Below the pieces are notes generated by a model. The model worked only from the letters and a program-made list of their open reading frames with translations, made no database searches and was not told the origin of the DNA. Shown here one piece after another: positions 48,025-56,089 of a DNA stretch of 64,000 bases; within the stretch, counting starts at the first letter, position 1; each line of letters begins with the position of its first letter. Source of the DNA: Actinomycetota bacterium (GTDB lineage Bacteria > Actinomycetota > UBA4738 > HRBIN12); assembly GCA_005884925.1 (NCBI GenBank), contig VAYU01000027.1:10194-74193 (forward strand), read 5' to 3'. Both the position numbers and the translations under genes were made by a program.

Positions 48025-49266
48025 TCAACCCCACCTGAGCGCGTCGAGGAAGGCGCGGAACTTGCGTTCCGTTTCGTCGACCTCGGCATCCGGCTGACTG
48101 CCCGCAACGATGCCGGCGCCCGCGTAAAGCGTCGCGCGGTCGCCGCGGAGCTCAGCGCACCGCAGCGCGATCGCCCACTCGCCGTCGCCGCTCGCGTCCA
48201 TCCACCCGACGGGCCCGGCGTACGATCCCCGGTCGAACGGCTCGAGCTCACGGATCACTTCGAGGGCTGCCTCGCGGGAATCGCCTGCGACCGCCGGGGT
48301 GGGGTGGAGCGTCTCAACCAGCTCCAGGACGTCGGGCGACGGCTCCAGGAGCAGGCCTCGGAACCTCGTCGAGAGGTGCCAGACGTTAGGTGTCTCCAGC
48401 AGCGTGGGTGCCGGGTCCCACGTCAGCTCGCGACAGAAGGGACGGAGCGCCCGGGCGATCCACTCGACCACGATCGCGTGTTCCTCCCGATCCTTCGCCG
48501 ATGCGAGCAGTGCGTCTGCGTTCGCGCGATCCTCGTCAGGATCGCCCGAACGCGCCGCGGATCCCGCGAGCGGGTTCGACCGCACCTCACGGCCGAACCG
48601 TGACACGAGCAGCTCCGGAGAGGCACCGACCAGGATCCCGGCCGTCGTCGGCGTGACGAACGTGAAGGCGTCCGGGTTCACCGCTCGGAGCCGGTGCGCC
48701 AGCCGCCGGCCATCGAGCTCGCGGCCAGCGTCCACCTCGATCGTCCGGGCCAGCACGACCTTGCGTAGGCCTGCATCGAGACGTCGAACGACCTCCGCGA
48801 CAGCGGCCGCGTAGCCATCCGGTGGGGGGATCGCGTCGAGCTGGCGGCCCGTGAACGGCTCGCGCGGGATCGAGCCCGGCGTGCGACCGAACATGCGAGC
48901 GAACGAGCCTTCAGATGGGGCTACGACATCGTCGCCGACGTCGATCCGTACGGTCTCCCCCGGCGCGGTCCGTCGCACCGACCGGGCCGCGACCGAGAGC
49001 GTCGATGTCCCGCCGACCTCGCGGAACGGGATCGTCCCGACCGCGACGGTCCGGCCTCCGCCGTCGATCGCGCGATCGACGTCTGCCAGCATCCGCCGGG
49101 CGAAGGCGAGCGGTGCCGTCGCGACCATGGGCGCGGACGCCGACACGCCGCTCCCCGCCCGTTCGAAGAGGAAACCGCCTTCGGAGTACGCGGCGAGGAG
49201 GTCGAAGGCGTCACCGAGCTTCTGGATGCGGCCGCCCTGCTGTGACGCGCCCGCGGACGGGCTCAC
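48025..49266 (-). CDS. menF: isochorismate synthase
   Basis: 580-aa track ORF trimmed to GTG 49264-49266 (GTGA overlap with the menG stop). C-terminal chorismate-binding block LHPTPAVAG...FDRGSYAGPVGWMDASGDGEWAIALRCA...YAGAGIVAGSQP. Confidence 0.85.
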   Translation of the reverse strand: MSPSAGASQQGGRIQKLGDAFDLLAAYSEGGFLFERAGSGVSASAPMVATAPLAFARRMLADVDRAIDGGGRTVAVGTIPFREVGGTSTLSVAARSVRRTAPGETVRIDVGDDVVAPSEGSFARMFGRTPGSIPREPFTGRQLDAIPPPDGYAAAVAEVVRRLDAGLRKVVLARTIEVDAGRELDGRRLAHRLRAVNPDAFTFVTPTTAGILVGASPELLVSRFGREVRSNPLAGSAARSGDPDEDRANADALLASAKDREEHAIVVEWIARALRPFCRELTWDPAPTLLETPNVWHLSTRFRGLLLEPSPDVLELVETLHPTPAVAGDSREAALEVIRELEPFDRGSYAGPVGWMDASGDGEWAIALRCAELRGDRATLYAGAGIVAGSQPDAEVDETERKFRAFLDALRWG

Positions 49267-49949
49267 GCGCGCGTCCCGACGAACAGCTGCGTGATGCCAC
49301 CGGACAGTTGGAGCCGTCGGATCGAGGGGAACCCGACCGCGCGGAGCATCCCCACCATGTCGGCCGGCGAGGGCAGGTACGCCATCGACCGGGGGAGGTA
49401 GCGGTAGGCGGCGCGATCGGAGAGCGCGCCGCCGATCAACGGCACGACCTTCTGGAAGTACAGCGCGTGGCCGGCGCGGAGCAGGCGGTTGTCCGGGCGG
49501 CTCGCGTCGAGCAGCGCAACGGCGCCGCCCGGTCGAACGACCCGCGCGAGCTCCGCGAACAGCTCCGCGAGCGAGACCACGTTGCGGAGCGCGAACCCAC
49601 ACGTGATGCCGTCGGCGCTCGCGTCGGGGAACGGCAGCCGCAGCGCATCCGCCTGGACCAGCGGCGCGTCGGTGCGTGCCCGACGCAGCATCCCGAGCGC
49701 GAAATCCACCCCGACGGCGCGATACCCGGCCCGCTCGAGCTCGCGACACAGATCCCCGGTCCCGCATGCCAGATCGAAGACCAGCGAGCCGCTCGGGAGA
49801 TGGAGCTCACGGACGGTCCTCCGCCGCCACCCGACATCCATGCCGAAGGTCATCACCCGGTTCACGAGGTCGTATCGGGGAGCGATCGTGTCGAAGAGCC
49901 GGCGCACCGTGCGCGCCTTGTCCTCGCCCTGGGGCAGCGGTGCGCTCAC
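49263..49949 (-). CDS. menG: demethylmenaquinone methyltransferase
   Basis: 228 aa. RRLFDTIAPRYDLVNRVMTFGMDVGWRR and SAM motif VFDLACGTGDL. GTG start overlapping the MerR stop. Confidence 0.9.
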   Translation of the reverse strand: MSAPLPQGEDKARTVRRLFDTIAPRYDLVNRVMTFGMDVGWRRRTVRELHLPSGSLVFDLACGTGDLCRELERAGYRAVGVDFALGMLRRARTDAPLVQADALRLPFPDASADGITCGFALRNVVSLAELFAELARVVRPGGAVALLDASRPDNRLLRAGHALYFQKVVPLIGGALSDRAAYRYLPRSMAYLPSPADMVGMLRAVGFPSIRRLQLSGGITQLFVGTRA

Positions 49950-50650
49950 GTCTCGATCCGCGCTTCCGCGGCCTCGAGAACGACGCGGCGGAAGTGGTTC
50001 GACACGAGGGCCGTCACGGCGGGCAGCAGCTCGCGGAACGCTTCGACCATCTGCGCCGCGGCGACGGGATCGTCACCCGACGTGTCCTGGATCGGCCTGC
50101 GCACGTGCTGGTCGAACAGGTCGACGGCTCGCTCCGCGAGTCCGCGAAGCGCGCCGTCGGCATCGCGCGCGAGCCCGAGCAGATCGCCGAGCGGCAGGCC
50201 GAACTCGAGGAGACGGAGGGCCGTGCGAACCAGCTCGGTGTCCGCGGGTGTGTACCGCATCTCCCCGTCAACCGTCCTTCCGATCCGGATCCCTTCGCGC
50301 TCCACCGCCTGGATCAACGATGCGGGAACGCCGCTGGTGGCTGCGAAGTCCTCGAGGTCCAACGATGGGTGGTCCTCGCCGATCTCACCGCGAGCCTCGG
50401 CGACGGCGGCCGCCAGGTCGGCGTCCGCGTCGCCGAGCTCCCCCCGAACGACCCGCCCGATCGCCTCGAGCGTCAGACCCTTGCGCTGGAGGTCGCGGAT
50501 CCGACGGATCCGCTCGGCGTGGACCTCGTCGTACCACGCCACCCGCCCCTCGCGTTCGGGCTGGGGCAGGAGGCTCCGGGATTGGTAGTAGCGCACCGTG
50601 TCCACCGAGACCTCACAGGCGGCGGCCAGCTGCTCGACCCGGTACCTCAC
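49946..50650 (-). CDS. MerR-family transcriptional regulator with about 160-aa C-terminal domain
   Basis: 234 aa. MRYRVEQLAAACEVSVDTVRYYQSRSLLPQPEREGRVAWYDEVHAERIRRIRDLQRKGLTL HTH. First gene of a MerR-menG-menF string. Confidence 0.85.
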   Translation of the reverse strand: MRYRVEQLAAACEVSVDTVRYYQSRSLLPQPEREGRVAWYDEVHAERIRRIRDLQRKGLTLEAIGRVVRGELGDADADLAAAVAEARGEIGEDHPSLDLEDFAATSGVPASLIQAVEREGIRIGRTVDGEMRYTPADTELVRTALRLLEFGLPLGDLLGLARDADGALRGLAERAVDLFDQHVRRPIQDTSGDDPVAAAQMVEAFRELLPAVTALVSNHFRRVVLEAAEARIET

Positions 50651-50664
50651 GACCGCTCACTCTA

Positions 50665-50678
50665 CGAGTGCACACTCG
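50665..50678. promoter_or_regulatory. inverted repeat CGAGTG-CA-CACTCG just upstream of the MerR-menG-menF string, divergent from the GT-C gene
   Basis: Read directly, 15 nt upstream of the MerR start codon, in an 80-nt intergenic region. Confidence 0.35.
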
Positions 50679-50730
50679 AACCTTCACACCGACCGCTCTC
50701 ATCGCGACCCGCACCGGTCACGGGGCTACG

Positions 50731-51972
50731 ATGCGCCGCGTGAAGCACGCCGTGCGGGCCGTCAGCCTCTCGGTGGTCCTCGTGTGCGTCGCCGGGACGA
50801 TGGCGGCGGGTACCGCACTCAAGTACCGCTGCGCCACAGGGAACTACGACGGACGGCAGTATCGGGAGCTCTGCTACTCCGACATCGTGCCCCTCCTCGG
50901 GACCGAGCAGCTCGGGGGTGGCCGGCTGCCGTTCCTCGACCGATGCGCCCCGTCGTCGAACAACTGCGACGAGTACCCCGTGCTCACGATGTACGTGATG
51001 CGAACCACAGCGTGGATCTCCGGAGATCGAACCGCGAGCTTCTACTACACGAACGCGGTCGTCCTCGCGGTGTTCGCCGCCGGCACGGCGGTGGGCCTGT
51101 GGCTGCTCGCGGGCCGGCGTGCGCTGTGGTTCGCGCTCGCTCCCACGCTGCTGATCTACGGGACGATCAACTGGGACCTCGTGGCCGTCGCGCTCGCGAC
51201 CCTGGCACTGGTGACGTTCGCGTCGCGCCGCGATGGCTGGACGGGCGTCCTCCTGGGGCTCGGCGCGGCCGCAAAGTTCTACCCGGTGCTCCTGGTGGTC
51301 CCCTTGTTCCTCCAGGGGATCCAGGACCGCGAGCCCGACCGCTCGGTCCGGGTGCTGTGGTGGACGGTGGGGACCTGGGTCGTCGTGAACCTCCCGTTCG
51401 CCGTTGCCGCGCCCGGCGCCTGGTTCGAGTTCTTCCGGTTCAACTCCGGTCGTGTCGCCGATTTCGACAGCCTCTGGTACATCGCGTGCCGGCACTGGGA
51501 TACCGCGTGCATCTCGACGGGGACGATCAACGCGTGGTCGCTGATCCTGTTCGCCGCGGCATCCGGGTTCCTGCTCTTCCTCAAGACCCGACGCGACCCC
51601 GACTTCCCGCGGTGGACGCTGGGGTTCCCGCTGCTCGCGAGCTTCCTGCTCTTCAACAAGGTGTACTCGCCGCAATACGGCCTGTGGCTCCTCCCGTGGT
51701 TCGCGCTCGTCGTTCCGCGCTGGACGTGGTTCGCGGCGTTCGAGGCCGCCGACGTGGCGGTGTTCGTGACCCGGTTCCGATACTTCTTCCCGGCCTACGT
51801 GGCGGGCGGCCCGTTGACGCCGGAGGAACGATGGTTCGAGCTCGCGGTGTTGGTCCGCGCGGCGATCCTCGTCTGCTGCCTCGTGGTCTGGGTCGGCAGG
51901 GATACACCCACGCTGGTGCTCGGAGCGCGCGGCTGGCAGCCGCTCGGCGCCGCGGGGCGGGTCCCCGCGTGA
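50731..51972 (+). CDS. GT-C fold membrane glycosyltransferase (DUF2029 / GT87-like)
   Basis: 827-aa track ORF trimmed to ATG 50731 (MRRVKHAVRAVSLSVVLVCVAG...). Polytopic; LLGLGAAAKFYPVLLVVPLF and NKVYSPQYGLWLLPW motifs. Upstream part of the track ORF is antisense to menG/MerR. Confidence 0.65.
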   Translation: MRRVKHAVRAVSLSVVLVCVAGTMAAGTALKYRCATGNYDGRQYRELCYSDIVPLLGTEQLGGGRLPFLDRCAPSSNNCDEYPVLTMYVMRTTAWISGDRTASFYYTNAVVLAVFAAGTAVGLWLLAGRRALWFALAPTLLIYGTINWDLVAVALATLALVTFASRRDGWTGVLLGLGAAAKFYPVLLVVPLFLQGIQDREPDRSVRVLWWTVGTWVVVNLPFAVAAPGAWFEFFRFNSGRVADFDSLWYIACRHWDTACISTGTINAWSLILFAAASGFLLFLKTRRDPDFPRWTLGFPLLASFLLFNKVYSPQYGLWLLPWFALVVPRWTWFAAFEAADVAVFVTRFRYFFPAYVAGGPLTPEERWFELAVLVRAAILVCCLVVWVGRDTPTLVLGARGWQPLGAAGRVPA

Positions 51973-53129
51973 ACCCCGCAACGCAGGCCGATCCTCGGAT
52001 ACGGGACGGACTGCGGGAGTCGATCTGGGCGTTCCTGGGGGCTCGGCTGCTGCTGATCGCGATCTCGGTCGTGGGCGGAGGCACCCTCGCGCTGCCGCCA
52101 GGACAACCACCGACCGATGCCGGATTCCCTGCTCCGAACCTGCTCTCCGGGTGGCACATGCTGTTCACGGCGACCCAGCGGCAGGATGCGGCCTGGTTCC
52201 TGCGGATCGCGACGAGCGGCTACGCCCCTGGAGACGGGAGCGCAGCCTTCTTCCCGCTGTACCCGATGGCCGTGCGCCTCGTCGGGGCGCTCCCGGGGAT
52301 CGGCCCCCTCGGCGCGGCGCTGATCGTGTCCAACACGGCCTTCCTCGGCGCCCTCATCATGGTCCATGCGCTGACGAGGTTGGAGCTCGGACGCGAGGCC
52401 GCGCGGCGGACCGTCCTGTTCGGGGCCTTCTTCCCGACCGCGTTCTTCCTGCTGGCCCCCTACACCGAACCGCTGTTCCTGCTGTTGTCGATCAGTGCCT
52501 TCTGGTTCGCGCGGCGCGACCGATGGCTGTGGGCGATGCTCGCGGGAGCCGGTGCGGCGGCGACCCGCAACCTCGGGGCGCTGCTCATCGTTGCGCTGGC
52601 GGTCGAGGCGCTCAACCAGTGGCGGCAGGGTCGTCTGCTGCTCCCGCGGTTGGGAGCAGCGTTCGGGGTGGCGCTCGGACCCCTCTCGTACCTCGTCAGT
52701 TGGCAGATCCGGTTCGGGGACTTCTGGGCGCCGCTGGACGCGCAACGCAACTGGCAGCGCGAGCCAACGTTCCCCCTCACCGCCCTGTGGCATGCACTCA
52801 CCCTCACCTGGCGGTACCAGACGTGGTGGCTGATCGACGTGATCGTCGTCGGGATCGCCATCGCGGGGATCCTGGTGGCGGCCTTCCGGGTTCCGCTCAC
52901 GTACACGGTGTACGCGGGGATGAGCGTGCTGATCCCGCTGACCTTCACGTACGACCAGCGGCCACTGACCTCGATGCCGAGGTTCATGGCCGTCGTTTTC
53001 CCCGCGTGGTGGGGGTTCGCGATCGCCGCCGAGCGTCGGCGTCCGCCCGAGGCGGCCTTCCTCGTTGCCTTCGCGGCGGGCTTCGCGTTGCTGGCCTTCC
53101 TGTTCATCAACTGGCAGCCCGTCTTCTAG
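51969..53129 (+). CDS. GT-C fold membrane mannosyltransferase-like protein (PIG-V / Mannosyl_trans2-like)
   Basis: 843-aa track ORF trimmed to GTG 51969 (GTGA overlap with the preceding stop). QRQDAAWFLRIATSGY...AAFFPLYPMAVRL motif; polytopic. Confidence 0.65.
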   Translation: MNPATQADPRIRDGLRESIWAFLGARLLLIAISVVGGGTLALPPGQPPTDAGFPAPNLLSGWHMLFTATQRQDAAWFLRIATSGYAPGDGSAAFFPLYPMAVRLVGALPGIGPLGAALIVSNTAFLGALIMVHALTRLELGREAARRTVLFGAFFPTAFFLLAPYTEPLFLLLSISAFWFARRDRWLWAMLAGAGAAATRNLGALLIVALAVEALNQWRQGRLLLPRLGAAFGVALGPLSYLVSWQIRFGDFWAPLDAQRNWQREPTFPLTALWHALTLTWRYQTWWLIDVIVVGIAIAGILVAAFRVPLTYTVYAGMSVLIPLTFTYDQRPLTSMPRFMAVVFPAWWGFAIAAERRRPPEAAFLVAFAAGFALLAFLFINWQPVF

Positions 53130-53214
53130 GCGGTTGGCTGCTCGCCACCGCCGGAAACCGTTTAGGATTGCCGCGACCCGGGGGGGCTCGCTCCGCTCGG
53201 GCGTCCCACGGCCG

Positions 53215-53865
53215 ATGGAGGAGCCAGTGACGATCAGGGTCGCGATCGCGGACGACCACTCACTCGTGCGCCAGGGACTTCGGCGCTACCTGGACATGGC
53301 CGACGGGATCGAGGTCGTCGGCGAGGCATCGAACGGCAAGGAGCTCCTGGAGCTCATCGGGAACGAGAACCCGGACATCGCGCTGATCGACATCCGGATG
53401 CCCGAGATGGACGGTCTGGAAGCCGCGAGGGTGATCCGCGACCAGCATCCGAAGGTCGGCGTCATCATGCTCACCGCGTACGACGATCGGCAGTTCGTCG
53501 TCGAGGCGGTGCGGAGCGGGGCGCGGGGCTACGTCTTGAAGGCGCGGGACGCCGAGCACCTGATCCAAACGGTGCGCCTGGTGGCCGGCGGCAACATGGT
53601 CATCGACCCCCAGCTCGTCGTCGCCCTGGCCGAAGAGCTTTCGACCGCGAAGGAACGCGATCGGAAGGCGGAGACACTGACGGCTCGCGAGATCGAAGTG
53701 TTGCAGCTGCTCGCGTTCGGCCATACGAACCGGGACATCGCCGAACGTCTGTACATCTCCCCCGATACGGTGAAGACCCACCTCGAGCACATCTTCGAGA
53801 AACTCGGCGCATCCGACCGCACCGCGGCGGTCGCCGAGGCGCTCCGCCGTCGCTTGATCGAGTAG
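53215..53865 (+). CDS. NarL/LuxR-family response regulator
   Basis: Trimmed to ATG 53215. IRVAIADDHSLVRQGL...IALIDIRMPEMDG; LTAREIEVLQLLAFGHTNRDIAERLYISPDTVKTHL. Confidence 0.9.
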   Translation: MEEPVTIRVAIADDHSLVRQGLRRYLDMADGIEVVGEASNGKELLELIGNENPDIALIDIRMPEMDGLEAARVIRDQHPKVGVIMLTAYDDRQFVVEAVRSGARGYVLKARDAEHLIQTVRLVAGGNMVIDPQLVVALAEELSTAKERDRKAETLTAREIEVLQLLAFGHTNRDIAERLYISPDTVKTHLEHIFEKLGASDRTAAVAEALRRRLIE

Positions 53866-53959
53866 GGACCCCAGCCGGTTGGGCTAGTCCGTCCGGCGGA
53901 GCTCGAACGGCTGCCCGGGTGATGGAGCCGGGCGGGACGTTCGGCCATCATGAAGGGTC

Positions 53960-56068
53960 ATGGACGCGACGATCCCCCGCTGGCGCCCGCCCGGCTTGGC
54001 CGTTCTTCTCGCGACGGTGGCGGTCGTGGCGGTCGTTCCGTCGCTGATGACGGGGTCGGGCACCCACGCACAGGCGTTAGCGGGGGCGGCCGGCTCCGGG
54101 CTGGCGGCAGCCGTCGCCGCGATCCTGATCCGCGAGGCCGCACGAGACGAGGACGCATGGCCGAGCGCGGCGGGGATCGCGTGGGCGATGTTCCTCGTCG
54201 CGGCGGTTTCCTTCGCGTACCTGGTCGCCGGGAGCGCCTCCGACACGGCCAACCACCCTCGACCGGCTGATGCCCTCCTCCTCGTGCTGCTGATCCCCCT
54301 CACGATCGCGATGCGCGATGAGCTCCGGGTCCATTTCGACGCGGCCGATCGGCGCGAGATCGCGATCGACGTGATGCTGATCGCGGCGTCAGTCGGCGCC
54401 ATCCTGTATCTGTTGATCCGCCCGCCTGCTGCCGGACCGACCGAGTCGAGCATCGCGGGCGTGATCGCGATCCTGGCCGCATCCCAATTCACCAGCTTCG
54501 CGGCGCTGACCCTGTGGGTGCCGACCGTCTCGCACCTCCTCCAGTTCCTTGCGTTCGCCGGCTATTCGATCGCGACGGTCCTGTTCGGATGGATGTGGAC
54601 ACGCGGCGGCGGCGGGTCGGGGGACCCGTGGATGAACGCTATCTACGTCCTGAGCCCCCTGTTGCTGGCGGCCGTCCTCACCCTGGTCCCCCACGGCGTC
54701 CCCGTCCCCAGGACCAAGCTGCGGCTCGCACGCCCGATCCTCAGCAGCGTGTCGATCGTGACGGCCTGCGGCGCGCTCGCGAGCGTCGCCCTCCTCGGCG
54801 ACTCGAAGGCGATCGGGTCGCTCCAGTCCACGCTGCTGATCGTGCTCCTCGGAGGAGGGATCGCGGCTCGCGTGGTGGCGAACCAGATCGCCAGCACCCA
54901 GGCCCACCAGACGGTCGAAGAGGCACTCACGCGGCGGGAGACGGCCCTCCGCGAGGCGGACCTCGCGCTCGAGCGGGTCCGTGAAACGAACGAGACGATC
55001 CGACGCTCCGAGGAACACCTCCGGCTCGTGTTCGACGCTGCCGTCGACGGCTTCGTCGAGCTGGACCAGGACGACGTGATCGTCCGGGCGAACGAGGCGT
55101 TCGCTCGGATGGTAGGGATGGATCGGACCGCGATCGAAGGGCAGCCATGGTCGGTGGTCGCGGCGTCGGTCCAAGGCTCCGACGCGTCCTTCGCGCGGCT
55201 GCCGGACACAGGACAAGCCAACATCCAACGGCCCGAGGGGCAGCCGCTGTTCATCGAGGCGCGGATCTCGCGGGTCCCGACCGACCCCCCTCGTCGATTG
55301 CTGCTGGCGCGGGACGTCACGGCGGCGAAGGTCGCCGACCAGACGATCCGGTCGCTCTTCCAGTTCCTGCAGGACCGGGACGAGGACCGGACGAGACTCC
55401 TGCGGCGCACGAACTCGGCGATCGAGCAGGAACGGAACCGGATCGCGCGCGATCTGCATGACGGACCGGTACAGGGCGTGTCTGCCGCATCGCTCTCGCT
55501 CGAGGCAGCGCTCCTCATGATCAAGACCGGCGATGTGGATCGCGGTCTCGACGTGCTGACCAAGATCCGGCAGGAGCTGGCCGAGGAGGCCGATTCGCTC
55601 CGGAGATTGATGGCAGGGCTCCGGCCGCCGGTGCTCGAGGAACGCGGATTGATGCCCGCTCTGCGCGAGTCCTTGCTGCGCTTCGGAACGGACCAAGGAG
55701 TCGCCACCGAGTTCACGGGCTCCATCTCGCGCCCGATCCCCGACGACCTGGAGACCCTGGCGTTCCGGATCGTCCAGGAATCACTGACCAACGTCGGCAA
55801 GCACGCGGCGGCCACGCGGGTGATCGTCCACGTGGAGTCGGATCAATCCCAGCTCCGGATCGAGGTCGAGGACGACGGAACCGGATTCGAGACGACCGAG
55901 GTGCGGGATCACCTCCGCGCGGGCCGGGTCGGACTCGCCTCGATGCGCGAGCGCGTGGAGCTGGCGAGCGGGACGTTCGCGGTCCGCTCCACGCCCGGGC
56001 GGGGCACCGCGGTGATGGCCTCGATCCCACTCGATCTGGCGCTGGTCACAGCCGTTCCCCAAGCGTGA
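53960..56068 (+). CDS. membrane sensor histidine kinase (multi-TM + PAS + HisKA_3 + HATPase_c)
   Basis: 702 aa, about 8 TM segments. PAS-like LRLVFDAAVDGFVELDQDDVIVRANEAF; H-box RIARDLHDGPVQ; ATPase boxes ESLTNVGKHA, DDGTGF, GTFAVRSTPGRGTAV. Confidence 0.9.
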   Translation: MDATIPRWRPPGLAVLLATVAVVAVVPSLMTGSGTHAQALAGAAGSGLAAAVAAILIREAARDEDAWPSAAGIAWAMFLVAAVSFAYLVAGSASDTANHPRPADALLLVLLIPLTIAMRDELRVHFDAADRREIAIDVMLIAASVGAILYLLIRPPAAGPTESSIAGVIAILAASQFTSFAALTLWVPTVSHLLQFLAFAGYSIATVLFGWMWTRGGGGSGDPWMNAIYVLSPLLLAAVLTLVPHGVPVPRTKLRLARPILSSVSIVTACGALASVALLGDSKAIGSLQSTLLIVLLGGGIAARVVANQIASTQAHQTVEEALTRRETALREADLALERVRETNETIRRSEEHLRLVFDAAVDGFVELDQDDVIVRANEAFARMVGMDRTAIEGQPWSVVAASVQGSDASFARLPDTGQANIQRPEGQPLFIEARISRVPTDPPRRLLLARDVTAAKVADQTIRSLFQFLQDRDEDRTRLLRRTNSAIEQERNRIARDLHDGPVQGVSAASLSLEAALLMIKTGDVDRGLDVLTKIRQELAEEADSLRRLMAGLRPPVLEERGLMPALRESLLRFGTDQGVATEFTGSISRPIPDDLETLAFRIVQESLTNVGKHAAATRVIVHVESDQSQLRIEVEDDGTGFETTEVRDHLRAGRVGLASMRERVELASGTFAVRSTPGRGTAVMASIPLDLALVTAVPQA

Positions 56069-56089
56069 ACCGGACATGAGGACCGTGTC

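Noticed and set aside
49489-51972. 827-aa ORF in the supplied track
   Set aside because: The first roughly 410 aa are R/P/A-rich low complexity and antisense to menG and the MerR gene. Recognisable membrane glycosyltransferase sequence only begins at ATG 50731. It is a high-G+C read-through artefact.
50598-53129. 843-aa ORF in the supplied track
   Set aside because: The N-terminal 457 aa are an out-of-frame shadow of the GT87-like gene (R/P/G-rich). The real gene starts at GTG 51969 with a GTGA overlap.
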